64,000 nt of DNA from the IMG/VR virus record IMGVR_UViG_3300018080_000098, positions 62,001 to 126,000 of that record; one strand, 5' to 3'. The notes under the pieces are model-generated. The model saw only the letters and a list, made by a program, of their open reading frames with translations. It was not told where the DNA came from and did not search any database. Position numbers and translations under genes: made by a program. Shown one piece after another: positions 27,443 to 37,936 of this stretch; position 1 is the stretch's first letter; each line of letters begins with the position of its first letter.

Positions 27443-28963
27443 TTAGGCTTGCTTACCGTGTATGATGAGCTCCCTGATGTACCAATCTCGTACAAACTTG
27501 TGCGGGTCTAGCTGTACGGACACGCGGAATTGCACGGTGGAGGTGGAGGGGATACTTGCCGACGCGCAGTTGAGCTCTCTAAATTGTTCAGTCTCTGCGA
27601 AGCGATAGTAGACACGTAGCATGTCTGTTGGGATATCTCCTGCTACAGTCCAGCCTTCAATGGAAACAGGGACGTCGAATTGCAGCAGCCCGAAGTTGGC
27701 GAAGTTGTCTGTTGTGTACGCGTTGAGGTTGAACCGGTGCAACCGCTTATTGAGCGGGTCTGCACAGATCATGACATCCGTTTCCTCGTCGTCTAGCATT
27801 ACGCGGTCTGCTACAACTCCTTGCGCGAAGCCCACAGCACCGTACACTTCTGTGGACATCCTGTTGTAGCTATTGAGCTCGTCTTCGAGCGCACGATAGC
27901 CGTAGGTTTTCTGATGAGACAGGGTCAGGTAGTCGAACTGCTCGATGAAGCCTGCGGCTCCGTTAGCTACGAAAACTTGTTTGAAACCTCCTAGCAAGTC
28001 GTGCACGTACACTTGGGCTGGTGAGTAGAGGGAGTACCCGGCTCCGGATGCTTCGATATACTTCAAGCATTTGGGGGACGTTCCGGAGAGATCAATAGCA
28101 CCGACTTCACTGTTGCCGTTGGACACCCAAAGCAGCCCACCGTGGAAGAAGATATCGGTAGCGGTGGTGACCTCAGCGCTCAGGAGGCTACCAGTGGTCA
28201 CGTAGAACATTTCGTGTGCGATGTACACAGGAGCTGTGGGTACGGTGATGTCGAAAGAGATTACGTACCCACGGTTTAGGGTGGCTCCAGCTGGCTGTCC
28301 TTCTGCGCACAGAATGTAGAGGATGCTATTCGTTTCGTCGCAGGCTACGCCTACCGGGTTGTTCAGCAGTGTAGAAGTATCTCCTGGGGTATCGATAGTT
28401 CCAATTCTCGCCTGGAAGGTGCCATCGAGAGAGTACTCATAGATGTTGCAGATGTGGTGGCTGCGCATAGTGATCGCCACGTATTCAGTGGTTCCCACTG
28501 TGAATGTACAGCAATCACTTGCATCGTCGTACTCGTCGGCTACCAGGTTGGCTCCGAAGTGCGGGAAGCGGTGTAGCACTTCGACTTCCTCGTTGAGTAT
28601 AAGTACGCCACCTACCCGGTCTGCAAGGAGGTAGCGTTCATGATCTCCTACTGCTGTCGTTCGTTTCCAGAACTTACGGGGGTCGCTGATAAGCCCTTCA
28701 CGAAATGCGGACAAGGTGGTAGTGAAACCTCTGGTATCGAACTTGATTGCGGTGTTAGTCGTATCCTGCTCGATCATCCCAAGCACCGAAATCACGTCCC
28801 CGAACCCTTGTGCTACAGAAATGTCGGGCGTGAGCGCGTCGATCCGATCCATTTGCGCCTGTAGAAATGTATCGTCTTGGTACAGCAAGTTGTTCCTACG
28901 AAAATCTTCAGAGGATACAGCCTGCTTGAGTGTAGCCTTGAACTGGTCAAACATCGTTCCCAT
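27443..28963 (-). CDS. NHL-repeat-like beta-propeller protein (506 aa)
   Basis: Blade motifs LLNNPVGVACD, LYSPAQVYV, FAQGVVAD and ADPLNKRLHRF. Confidence 0.65.
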   Translation of the reverse strand: MGTMFDQFKATLKQAVSSEDFRRNNLLYQDDTFLQAQMDRIDALTPDISVAQGFGDVISVLGMIEQDTTNTAIKFDTRGFTTTLSAFREGLISDPRKFWKRTTAVGDHERYLLADRVGGVLILNEEVEVLHRFPHFGANLVADEYDDASDCCTFTVGTTEYVAITMRSHHICNIYEYSLDGTFQARIGTIDTPGDTSTLLNNPVGVACDETNSILYILCAEGQPAGATLNRGYVISFDITVPTAPVYIAHEMFYVTTGSLLSAEVTTATDIFFHGGLLWVSNGNSEVGAIDLSGTSPKCLKYIEASGAGYSLYSPAQVYVHDLLGGFKQVFVANGAAGFIEQFDYLTLSHQKTYGYRALEDELNSYNRMSTEVYGAVGFAQGVVADRVMLDDEETDVMICADPLNKRLHRFNLNAYTTDNFANFGLLQFDVPVSIEGWTVAGDIPTDMLRVYYRFAETEQFRELNCASASIPSTSTVQFRVSVQLDPHKFVRDWYIRELIIHGKQA

Positions 28964-29007
28964 GAGTTATATCCTCAATCCGTGCTGGAATTCGCTGAAT
29001 TGGACCT

Positions 29008-29022
29008 GTTATAAGGTAACCT
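29008..29022 (-). promoter_or_regulatory. Putative promoter/operator motif B (AGGTTACCTTATAAC)
   Basis: Similar 15-mers in intergenic gaps at 38038 and 55324. Confidence 0.45.
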
Positions 29023-29030
29023 GCTTGCCT

Positions 29031-29348
29031 CTAGTTCTCACTGGTCTGCGCCTTCAACTGCTTTTCCAGATTTTCTACTCGAGCTTGCACATCCTTTATT
29101 TGCTTATTAGATTCTGCAGCCACCTTTCGAACAGCTCTCATCTCTTCCCGGCAGTACGAAAGTCCACTGTTCACCCTACTCGACTTCGCCACAGATTCCT
29201 CTAGCTGCAGTGCAATATTATTTACTTCGGTGAACAAATCGTTTACGGTTGAGGTCAATTCAGCAACTCGTCCTACAAGAGCACGCACTTCCACTTGTAG
29301 AAGGTCTCTATAGATTTCTATCGTGCGCTTACTTTTTTTACCCTCCAT
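29031..29348 (-). CDS. Coiled-coil hypothetical protein (105 aa)
   Basis: Heptad pattern along most of its length. Confidence 0.75.
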   Translation of the reverse strand: MEGKKSKRTIEIYRDLLQVEVRALVGRVAELTSTVNDLFTEVNNIALQLEESVAKSSRVNSGLSYCREEMRAVRKVAAESNKQIKDVQARVENLEKQLKAQTSEN

Positions 29349-29365
29349 AATATTATTTTCCTATG

Positions 29366-29881
29366 CTAATGCGGGTTTCGGTCACAAATAGAAACACCGC
29401 TGCTGCAATTGTCACACGTTAGTTCACTGCCACTAACCTGTGTAAGCGTTTTGAAAGTGTCGCCGTTGTTGACCCTATCCGCGTCCCAAATATTGTCGTC
29501 TGCATCAAGGTATACTAAAAACGATGTAGAGCAGTTGGTACACGTTGCTATGTAAGGACGAAGGTGGGACTCGAAAGTATTGATAAGTAAATATTCGTCT
29601 GGAGACGCTGCACTGTCCATCGCTTTTTTGCTAGTAAACTTCTTGTTGACGGCAACCAAAGGTTTTAGATCTTCGTCCAGCAACCCTAATAACTCTTCTA
29701 TGTTTTCTGCTTCAGTGGTAAACAAAAATGAAGCTGCAGTTATGGGTCCCCCCTCACTAAGCGTAGCTTCACGTGTGCTCGTATCAAATACAGTGACATT
29801 CTTGACCGGTTTACCATTGGCTTCCAACACCGAAAGAGATTCTACTAAAAGAGCGTCGGAAGTTGCTTTATTGATGATCAT
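29366..29881 (-). CDS. Hypothetical protein with C-terminal CxxC...CxxC (zinc-ribbon-like)
   Basis: CTNC and CDNC motifs; immediately downstream of the 1574-aa fibre gene. Confidence 0.7.
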   Translation of the reverse strand: MIINKATSDALLVESLSVLEANGKPVKNVTVFDTSTREATLSEGGPITAASFLFTTEAENIEELLGLLDEDLKPLVAVNKKFTSKKAMDSAASPDEYLLINTFESHLRPYIATCTNCSTSFLVYLDADDNIWDADRVNNGDTFKTLTQVSGSELTCDNCSSGVSICDRNPH

Positions 29882-29891
29882 TTTGTGCTCC

Positions 29892-32800
29892 TTACCAGCC
29901 GCAACCAGCAGAGAAGTCTGTGATGTCGTACTCTACTCTCACAATGTAAACATAGCTAGCACTACTGGAAGCTGTAACGCCGTTTAAAAATTGTACATAA
30001 TACGAATATTGCGTATTGTCTACGGTAGAACTTAGCCCAGATAGGGTAATCGTTTGTACACCGGAAGATAACGCTCCAGTAGTAGTTCCCAGCGAGGTAC
30101 TAATACTAGGAGATCCCGCATTGACTGGATGGCGATAAAGAGTAACCTTAGCTCCACTAGTAGGAACATTTTGGTGATAGCAAACCACCTCAATTTCTTT
30201 AATTGTAGAAGCATGTGGTATATAAAGAGGAGCACAAATTGTTCTAGCAGCTGTCCCTAACGTATACCACCGTTGTGCTGAAGTAGTGCATTGGTATTGC
30301 CAATACGACGTTGTCGTGTTGGTCATATTTTCTTGGAATGAACTGGTGGGTGCCTGTCTTACGTTTGTCTTGGTAGCATTAAATACAATTGCCCGCCTGG
30401 TATCTTCAGTATTACCGCCAGCATAAGCATGATTTAATTCTAAACACTTACCGCTACTAGTTGTGTTAAGACTACCAACGAACAGCGCAGGGGAGGTGTT
30501 ACTGCTATTACTATTACTGATATTGACAACCGCCGCCCCTAGTGCAGTCCACTCACCACTTCCCCGTTGGAACAGATTTGACCCCGCACTGGAGTACACC
30601 CCATAAGTACAGTTATTGCCCGCGTTAAATGCGCACATGTCTAGATCGGTCGATGCGCTGTCTGCTTGAGCATAAAAAGAATTCAAAGCCCCAGCGGTAT
30701 CGGAGGCGTGACGTGTGTGGTAGTAACTGTAGCCGTAGTAGGTTCCGCTCGCAACAGCGGAACTGGAAAGTGACTCTACATGGATCGTGCCTTCACCGGG
30801 AGCTTGCTGTTTACTAAGGTCATTTCCTACATAAAGACCATAGTGCCAATTGTCGTTGGCATGAAATGCGAACGATCCAACCGAATCGTTGGCGTTTGCG
30901 TTCTGCATGTTTGCACGGACGCCATACCAACTACTGCCGTCTGATTGGCTAGCATCTGGGGAAATGTCTAAATTAATACACCTGCCTTCAATGGAGCTAT
31001 TTAGACGACCACTTAAATTGAGGTCAACATAATTAATATCGCTTGTAACGGTACCAAAATCCTCTGTACCCGACCACAAACCGGAGGAAATCCAAAATGC
31101 GTAGTGGTCTGCGGGCCAAGTAGAATCAAAATAAATACCTCGTTTTGATGCGGATCCATTATCAGTAGTCGTTACATACAAACCGTAATAAAATGCCCCA
31201 CCATCATTATTATCATCGGTGATAGATGCTTTGTAACAAGCTACTTTATCATTTGATGCCAATCCAGCGGCATCAGTAGCAATAATACTCTCTACTGTCC
31301 ACCATGCAGCGCTACCGCCACCATTTGCGGGCTCAGATTTAAAATAATTTCTGGAAGAGCTAACAAATGCGCCCCAGTCCCAATTATCATCTGTATAGAA
31401 ACCTGTCTTTACAGAACTACCAGTAGCACTTCCTTCAGCATAAACTCCGTAGTATCCTGAAGAAGCATTATCGGCAGCATTGGCAGTAATATTTGCGTTT
31501 AAAACTCGAACAGCATCTCCCAAACCAAGAGCAGCACTTGCAGCACTATAACGGTTATCGCTAACAGATACAGTTCCGCCAGGAGCACTACCCGGAGTTA
31601 CCCCCACAAAACTAAGTGCAGTTGTGTATAGTCCATAATCCCAATTGGAATCGGTAAAGAAAGCAATTTTATTAGCTGAACCTGTAGTAGACCCGGCAGC
31701 ATAAAACCCCATGTAATAAGCGTTGGAATTATCAGCAGCATTGGGAGTAATGGTAGCGTGGTAAACTAAAACAGAACTGGTGGCTCCTAACGCAGCACCA
31801 CTAGCATCATAACCGCCCCCATAAACACTATAGAGGCCAGCAGTAGCAGTGCTAGGTGTGGGCTCTACAAAAACTGGAGAAGCACTGTTTAATCCATAGT
31901 CCCAATCACCGTCAACCAACACACCAATAGTATCGTTGCTAGCGCTAGCATCCGGAGTAAGGGATAAATTTACACCTCTTATTTTACTGGCGTCGGTAGC
32001 GCTTTCAGTTACATCAAAATTAAAACCGACTAAATCAGGTGCACCCAAGCCAGAAGTGGTTACTACAGCGTCATAAACATTTACACCGGAACTAATACTA
32101 CTTAAGGTGGCGTAGATTTTTGCGCCAGAATAAAGACCGTAATCCCAAGCTGTATCTGCGTAAAATCCATATTTTACAGCTGATCCAGTGGCAGTCCCAT
32201 TTGCATAAAATCCACGAATAGAAGCAGTACCAGGATCACTAGCATGCCCATTAATTTGAGACTCTATACCATTTAAAACAACACCCGCCCCAAGAGTGGT
32301 AGAAGATGAAACCACTTGGAGGCAACTATCAGCTGTAGTAAATGAATCTGTGATATATGCTTTAGCTAATCCGTAAAAACTCTCTTCCCAATTTTGATCT
32401 GCATAAAAAGCTCGCTTGGTAGCGCTTCCCGTAGCAGTACCTTCAGCCAAATAACCATAATATGACCCACCAGCATTATCACCTGCATCTCCAGTAGGTT
32501 TGGCACGATAATGATAAATTATTGCACCGCTAGCTAATCCTGGAGAGGTATACTGACTATCTACAACATGTGTGGAACCAGCAGAAGAACTGGCAGGAGC
32601 TAACACAACAGCAGCTAAAGATTCACTGTACAATCCATAATCGAAATTAGCGTCTGCATAAAATCCATACTGGTTTGTCCAACTACCAACAGTAGTACCC
32701 GCTGCACTAAAAGCTCTAAATGTACCACCACTGTCAGCAGCATCAGCGCTTAGAGTGCCGTAGTAAGCGTGAACATCGGCATTAGTCACACCTGTAGTAG

Positions 32801-34616
32801 AAGAAAATTCTGATTTAGAAATGGTAATGGTGCCTAAATTACCGCCAACTGCGTCTTCATAAACAGAAGCAAAAGAAGGCTGGTCGTCTACAGACCCAAC
32901 CGGAGAATTTTTAGCTTGGAGAATGGGAGAGTTGGTGCTAGCAGAACCTAATCCACGATAAACGTGCAGTCCATACCCAGTGGTAGAGGTTTGCTCGAAT
33001 ACGAGAGGAGCGCCATCAATATCCAGGTGTTTATCGTTGGCGTAGATCATATCCCAGGTAATGAATCCACCACTATTAAGTTCATTAATAGCACCAACAA
33101 TATTTTTTGTTGTGGTGTCTAACGTGACATCAGCGGTAGAGTTAAATGGGATATCTCCAGACCCGTGAGCTTCAAACAGAATGTCGCTGCTGGCGTGATT
33201 AGGAACACTTAGAGTTAAATCATAAGCAGCAGTATCAACATGCATGTTGAGCGTGCGGCCTGAACTAATAGTGGTATTGCCGCCACTTTGGATAACTAAT
33301 TGAGCGGAGCTGCCTGTATCAGCAGAAATATAAATAGCGCCGCCGTTGGTGGTTTGGATATAGCTAACTCCAGTACCTTCATTTTTAATATCAAATCCGT
33401 AACCGCCGTTATCAGTACCAGCGGTAATGTTCACCTGTCGATCTACAGAGGCAACAAAATTTAATCCGGGGTTAAAATTGACACTTCCATTAGCGTTGGT
33501 AAAGTTAATATTTCCTGTACTACAACTAACATTCCAATTACCACTACTTTGTGTCCAAGTAGAGCTACTACCAGCATTGTGAGAAATACCATTGGTGGAC
33601 GTTATGGCAACTGTACTGTTTGTACCATCTGCAGTTAAATAAAGGTGCCCGTTAATAGCAGCTGTGCCCAGATTGAGGACACCTGTTGCAGCTTCTGCAT
33701 CGAAGTACGTGTTGCCATTTGTATCGTCGATAGTAAAGTTGTACGGGGAAGATAGCCGCCAGGTCAGATTCCTGGCGTCCATCGTTACTAATCCTGCGGA
33801 TACGCCGAAGGCGTCGTAGGCCTGATCTAGATCGTTTCCGTCCCCAGTATTGATTTTCACCCACGTGGTGCCATCGTGGGCGAGCTCCCACTCGCTCGTG
33901 CTGCTGTTGTAGCGGATGCCAGGATCGTTGGAGCCTGTTTGGAGAGCAGTGATAGTTTTCGTATTGGCTGCTGTGGGGCCGAGCTCGAGGTTCTGTGCTT
34001 TGATGACGGTGCCTCCACCGTCTACCTGGGTAACCGCGTAGATATAGTCGGGGCTGTTACCTCCCGACCATCCGATGTTGCCGCCACCCGTAGTGTCCCA
34101 CAGCAGGTCTGCTCCACTGCTACCCACCAGGTAGAAGTCTCCGCTCTGCTTGAAGCGGAAGAGTTCTTGGTAAGCTAAGGCGGCATTGGTGTAGCCCATC
34201 GAGAACAGGTCTGCTTCCTGGGGTGGGCTGTTGGTCTGAATGTCGTGGGTGATACGGAACGCGATGTCGTCGTCGGTAGGGCTACCGGAATCGCGGACCT
34301 TGAAGTCGGTTATCCAACCGGTGCCGCTGGTGAGCTTTCGAACGGTAAGCAGGTGATCGGAGTTGTGCGCGTCGTTTAGGGTGAGCGCGTCTTGCGCTTC
34401 GTATGCATCTACTGTGAGGGCGGACTCGGAAAACGAGGAGAGGCTTTTGAGCTTGGTCTCACCACCGTTCAGAACTTGGAGGACCTCGTTCCCAGTGCCT
34501 CCCCTTTCAAGCGTGATAACGTTTCCGGTAGCCTCGGTGTAATTGTGGTGGATGGTGTCGTCACCACTGTACACCCCAAAACCAGCGTCGAACCAAACTG
34601 GTGTTTTGTTCGCCAT
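29892..34616 (-). CDS. Long fibre / receptor-binding-like protein (1574 aa)
   Basis: Repeated YGFYADxNWDYGLYS-like units and a TTTKNIVGAINEL motif; modules shared with 34733..37447 and 41885..43135. Confidence 0.82.
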   Translation of the reverse strand: MANKTPVWFDAGFGVYSGDDTIHHNYTEATGNVITLERGGTGNEVLQVLNGGETKLKSLSSFSESALTVDAYEAQDALTLNDAHNSDHLLTVRKLTSGTGWITDFKVRDSGSPTDDDIAFRITHDIQTNSPPQEADLFSMGYTNAALAYQELFRFKQSGDFYLVGSSGADLLWDTTGGGNIGWSGGNSPDYIYAVTQVDGGGTVIKAQNLELGPTAANTKTITALQTGSNDPGIRYNSSTSEWELAHDGTTWVKINTGDGNDLDQAYDAFGVSAGLVTMDARNLTWRLSSPYNFTIDDTNGNTYFDAEAATGVLNLGTAAINGHLYLTADGTNSTVAITSTNGISHNAGSSSTWTQSSGNWNVSCSTGNINFTNANGSVNFNPGLNFVASVDRQVNITAGTDNGGYGFDIKNEGTGVSYIQTTNGGAIYISADTGSSAQLVIQSGGNTTISSGRTLNMHVDTAAYDLTLSVPNHASSDILFEAHGSGDIPFNSTADVTLDTTTKNIVGAINELNSGGFITWDMIYANDKHLDIDGAPLVFEQTSTTGYGLHVYRGLGSASTNSPILQAKNSPVGSVDDQPSFASVYEDAVGGNLGTITISKSEFSSTTGVTNADVHAYYGTLSADAADSGGTFRAFSAAGTTVGSWTNQYGFYADANFDYGLYSESLAAVVLAPASSSAGSTHVVDSQYTSPGLASGAIIYHYRAKPTGDAGDNAGGSYYGYLAEGTATGSATKRAFYADQNWEESFYGLAKAYITDSFTTADSCLQVVSSSTTLGAGVVLNGIESQINGHASDPGTASIRGFYANGTATGSAVKYGFYADTAWDYGLYSGAKIYATLSSISSGVNVYDAVVTTSGLGAPDLVGFNFDVTESATDASKIRGVNLSLTPDASASNDTIGVLVDGDWDYGLNSASPVFVEPTPSTATAGLYSVYGGGYDASGAALGATSSVLVYHATITPNAADNSNAYYMGFYAAGSTTGSANKIAFFTDSNWDYGLYTTALSFVGVTPGSAPGGTVSVSDNRYSAASAALGLGDAVRVLNANITANAADNASSGYYGVYAEGSATGSSVKTGFYTDDNWDWGAFVSSSRNYFKSEPANGGGSAAWWTVESIIATDAAGLASNDKVACYKASITDDNNDGGAFYYGLYVTTTDNGSASKRGIYFDSTWPADHYAFWISSGLWSGTEDFGTVTSDINYVDLNLSGRLNSSIEGRCINLDISPDASQSDGSSWYGVRANMQNANANDSVGSFAFHANDNWHYGLYVGNDLSKQQAPGEGTIHVESLSSSAVASGTYYGYSYYHTRHASDTAGALNSFYAQADSASTDLDMCAFNAGNNCTYGVYSSAGSNLFQRGSGEWTALGAAVVNISNSNSSNTSPALFVGSLNTTSSGKCLELNHAYAGGNTEDTRRAIVFNATKTNVRQAPTSSFQENMTNTTTSYWQYQCTTSAQRWYTLGTAARTICAPLYIPHASTIKEIEVVCYHQNVPTSGAKVTLYRHPVNAGSPSISTSLGTTTGALSSGVQTITLSGLSSTVDNTQYSYYVQFLNGVTASSSASYVYIVRVEYDITDFSAGCGW

Positions 34617-34676
34617 AATAGAGCCTCAGGCGTGAGTAGTTGGAAGGTGGGCTACTGCAGCTCGCAGCCCCAATCA

Positions 34677-34714
34677 AACGCGGGAGAGGGAGGTTTGTTT
34701 CCCTCTCCCGCGTT
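34677..34714 (-). terminator. Strong intergenic hairpin (15-bp perfect stem); terminator, attenuator or processing site
   Basis: AACGCGGGAGAGGGA-N8-TCCCTCTCCCGCGTT, 18 nt after the stop of 34733..37447; only a short U tract. Confidence 0.6.
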
Positions 34715-34732
34715 CTCAGAGACTACGAACTA

Positions 34733-37447
34733 CTACAGGCTGACGCGTGTGCCAATCTGGATGACGAACTTGTTGGCAGCGGTGATGACTCCGACTTTCT
34801 GCACAACAGAGGCACCAGGAGTAGTAGAAACTGCTCCGTCCGCATTCATGTACACGTACTCGCCAGTGTCAGCAGCGGCCAATGCACTACTAGATGTCAC
34901 CTCTCCAGCGAGTGCGATTTCGATGTCTACACCGATCGCGCCACCGTTCAGCGCTACACCAATAGCGCGGCTGGCTGCTGCCACCCCCTGGTCTGCCTGG
35001 TACACCGTATTAGCTGCACCGTTATCCAAGGCTACGAGGTCACCTGTGGTGATGGCTTCTGCAGCTGGGTAAGTGATGGTGGTGTCGCCAACACCAGCAA
35101 CAGCTGTATCCAACGCGAGCAGCGCACTCACTATGGATGTTTCCGCTCCGATGTAGGTACCACCAGTGATGTCCTGGTTGACCGCGTCGTTGTAGGTGAG
35201 AGAGTTTCCTGCGGACCCACGTGCCTCGAACGTGATGTCCCCAGTTGCCCCAGCGACGAGGTCTACGTCGGTAGTTCCGTCGTTCACACCAATCGTGATA
35301 GTGCGGTCGCCATCGGTTCCGATGTTGATACCAAAGTCATCATCATCGTTACCGATGTTTATGGCACCCCCATCGGAATTTAGCGATAACGTAGTACCAG
35401 CATCCAGGTCCATCGTAGTTGTGGCATCTAGACCGATTGAGGTGGTAGCTGTTACTGTGGTGCTAGTTGTGGAGTCAATAGCCACAGCGCCATCCGAATC
35501 GATGTCGATGTCGTCGGCTACCAAGTAGACTTCCGTAGCATCGTTGCTACCTACTTGGATGGTCCGTGCGCCACCAGTACCAACGTTGATATTCTGCGCT
35601 ACAGCATCATCACCAACGTTAATGACTCCTCCAGACGAGTTTATGGAGAGTATGCCACCAGCATCTAGATCCATTGTCGTTGTGGAGGTTGCTGCAACTG
35701 CCCCGTCCGAATCGATGTCGATGTCGTCGGCTACCAAGTAGACTTCCGTAGCATCGTTGCTACCTACTTGGATGGTCCGTGCGCCACCAGTACCAACGTT
35801 GATGTTTTGAGCTACTGCATCGTTACCAACGTTAATTACGTCGCCAGAGGAATTGATGGACACTGCACCGGTTCCATCGATATCCACTGTTGTACCAGCT
35901 ACTCCTACTGGGATGGCCCCGCCAGCACCAACGTTGAAGGCTGTGCCATCGAAGTCCATATCGCCGCCGTCCACATCTAGTGTGGTAGCGTTGAGATCGA
36001 CTGTTTGCCCAGTACCATCAAGTGTTAGTGTGCCTCCAGTAGAGGTGACTGTCACACCACCACCACCTGTGAGGCTGAGCAGGTTCGCACCTGTAGTCGA
36101 CACCGTCATGGTGTTCGCGTTGGTCAGCGTGCGCCCAGCCGTACCGTCGAACGTGATGTTGGTGCCTACGAGGCCAGCGAAATTTACTTCGCGCTCGTTC
36201 ACGCCGCCAGTGGACCCAAGGATCAACGCATCATTGGTCTCGTCGACCCGCAGGAAATCGTCACCATTGTCATCTGTCCAGATAATGTCCCAGTCGGAAC
36301 CAGCTGTAACTTCCCAAGTAAGGTCCCCTGTGGCATCGAGGGTAACTGTTGCCGGTCCACCACCGAAGGCATCGTAGGCTTGCTGCAAGTCGTTACCGAG
36401 GGAACTACCGACAGCTGTCCAGTTCATTCCATCAGCATCACAGAAGTAGATTTTACCACCAGCAGCGGTGCTCATGCATATGTCACCAGTGGTACCAGTG
36501 ACGTTTCCATCCGGGTCTCCGTTGTACACGAAGATGGATCCGTTGATCGAACCTTCTTCGTCAGCGAGTGTTAGGATCGCCTGTTCGGTCGCGCCACGTG
36601 TAATTGTTGCGCCACCATTTTTATTCATTGTCAGGCGCGCGTCTGCGTACCCGTTGTACACCTCGAATAGGTTGTCGTCTGTATTCAGCGCGTAGTTGAC
36701 GGGTCCTACGTTTGCTGTGAACGCAGCGTTGACTTCGAGTGAGGTGTCATTAGTAATCGAGTCGACTCTTCTAATGTCTATTGTTGTACCGTTATCGAGG
36801 TCAACTTCGATGGCATCGCCCACCTGTAGCTCTGTGGTGAACGACGAGTTGGTAGCGGTTAGTGTTGTCCCGTTTGTGGTGTAGTTGTCGCGCGTGAGCG
36901 CTACACCCAAACCACCTTGCGCGATTGTGGTTCCTTCGGGAACAATCTTCAGATCGCCACTCGTGGTAGTGAAGTGGGATGTAACTGCAGCCGCGAAGTT
37001 AATCGCCTGATCTACACTAGCTGTGATGGTCAGTGTATCAGTAGAGGCGTCACCGATATCGGTGTCGCCATTGAAGGTTGCAGAGCCTGTTACTGTCTCC
37101 GCACCGTCCACATCGAGGTCACCCTTGATAGTAACTGTTTGCCCCACGCGTCCGATGTTGATATCGGTGGCGTTCGTTCCGCCGATATTAAACGCTTGCA
37201 CAGCATCCGTATCGATGCCTACACCGAACTGCACCACCGTTGCGTTCGTTCCACCGATGACCAGCGCTTCCGCTGCGTCTTTATCGATGTTTGCACCGAA
37301 CTCGACAGCAGTCGCGTTCGTTCCACCTACTGTCAGAACGCCACCACCGGAACCAAAGTCAACTGATGCTGCCAGAAGACCATCGTTGTCGGAGTCCAGT
37401 TGTGTGACTGATCCAGCGTTAATCCAAAGTGCTTCTCTGTCTGCCAT
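34733..37447 (-). CDS. Acidic Gly/Thr/Asp-rich fibre with C-terminal DUF2190-like domain (possible head fibre; 904 aa)
   Basis: IGGTNAT and INVGTGGARTI repeats; C-terminal AAEAITTGDLVAL...RAIGVAL...GEYVYM...VQKVG. Confidence 0.8.
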   Translation of the reverse strand: MADREALWINAGSVTQLDSDNDGLLAASVDFGSGGGVLTVGGTNATAVEFGANIDKDAAEALVIGGTNATVVQFGVGIDTDAVQAFNIGGTNATDINIGRVGQTVTIKGDLDVDGAETVTGSATFNGDTDIGDASTDTLTITASVDQAINFAAAVTSHFTTTSGDLKIVPEGTTIAQGGLGVALTRDNYTTNGTTLTATNSSFTTELQVGDAIEVDLDNGTTIDIRRVDSITNDTSLEVNAAFTANVGPVNYALNTDDNLFEVYNGYADARLTMNKNGGATITRGATEQAILTLADEEGSINGSIFVYNGDPDGNVTGTTGDICMSTAAGGKIYFCDADGMNWTAVGSSLGNDLQQAYDAFGGGPATVTLDATGDLTWEVTAGSDWDIIWTDDNGDDFLRVDETNDALILGSTGGVNEREVNFAGLVGTNITFDGTAGRTLTNANTMTVSTTGANLLSLTGGGGVTVTSTGGTLTLDGTGQTVDLNATTLDVDGGDMDFDGTAFNVGAGGAIPVGVAGTTVDIDGTGAVSINSSGDVINVGNDAVAQNINVGTGGARTIQVGSNDATEVYLVADDIDIDSDGAVAATSTTTMDLDAGGILSINSSGGVINVGDDAVAQNINVGTGGARTIQVGSNDATEVYLVADDIDIDSDGAVAIDSTTSTTVTATTSIGLDATTTMDLDAGTTLSLNSDGGAINIGNDDDDFGINIGTDGDRTITIGVNDGTTDVDLVAGATGDITFEARGSAGNSLTYNDAVNQDITGGTYIGAETSIVSALLALDTAVAGVGDTTITYPAAEAITTGDLVALDNGAANTVYQADQGVAAASRAIGVALNGGAIGVDIEIALAGEVTSSSALAAADTGEYVYMNADGAVSTTPGASVVQKVGVITAANKFVIQIGTRVSL
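35493..35803. repeat. 98-bp perfect direct repeat (35493-35590 and 35706-35803), 213-bp period, inside the fibre gene
   Basis: Base-for-base identity including wobble positions; encodes INVGTGGARTIQVGSNDATEVYLVADDIDIDSD twice. Confidence 0.92.
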
Positions 37448-37465
37448 GGGTTGCCCCTTTCCTTT

Positions 37466-37936
37466 TTAGAGTCCACGATTCGCGAAGTAAGCGCTGGCCT
37501 TTTCAACCCACGGCTGGAGGGTTGCCTTGTCTCTGCCAGCTGGTTCCGGTCCGTTGCCCGACATGTTCACGTATCGGACAACGAGATTTTTTTCTTTTCT
37601 CGTAATCTGTTCCACCCCACTAACAGCGGGGTCTATGGTTGGATCTCCAGTCGCCGCCTCGAACAGCTTTTCTGTACTTGGGTTGCCGATAATCCAAGTA
37701 CCATTCACTTTCACGGCAGGAGGAGGCATCGTTTCAATTGCATCCATCATCCGTTGGTTGGTGGTCTCAATAATGTCTGTGGACGCATTGAAGGTAAGCT
37801 TGTACACTTTACTCTTAGTAACGTCTTCGACATCCCCACGCCACGCAAAGAACACTTCGATGTTTCCAGAGCCATCGATAAACCCCGCTTCAGTAAGCGC
37901 GGTAATCAGCGTGGTTTTGACTTTGTATTTCGCCAT
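37466..37936 (-). CDS. Hypothetical protein (156 aa, MAKYKVKTT...), possibly an abundant virion protein
   Basis: ATG 37936 with strong GGGAGG SD; preceded by motif B and a ~100-nt leader. Confidence 0.8.
   Translation of the reverse strand: MAKYKVKTTLITALTEAGFIDGSGNIEVFFAWRGDVEDVTKSKVYKLTFNASTDIIETTNQRMMDAIETMPPPAVKVNGTWIIGNPSTEKLFEAATGDPTIDPAVSGVEQITRKEKNLVVRYVNMSGNGPEPAGRDKATLQPWVEKASAYFANRGL

Noticed and set aside
35493-35803. Possible DGR template/variable repeat pair
   Set aside because: The copies are identical over 98 bp, flanking differences are synonymous rather than adenine-specific, and no reverse transcriptase is in the window.
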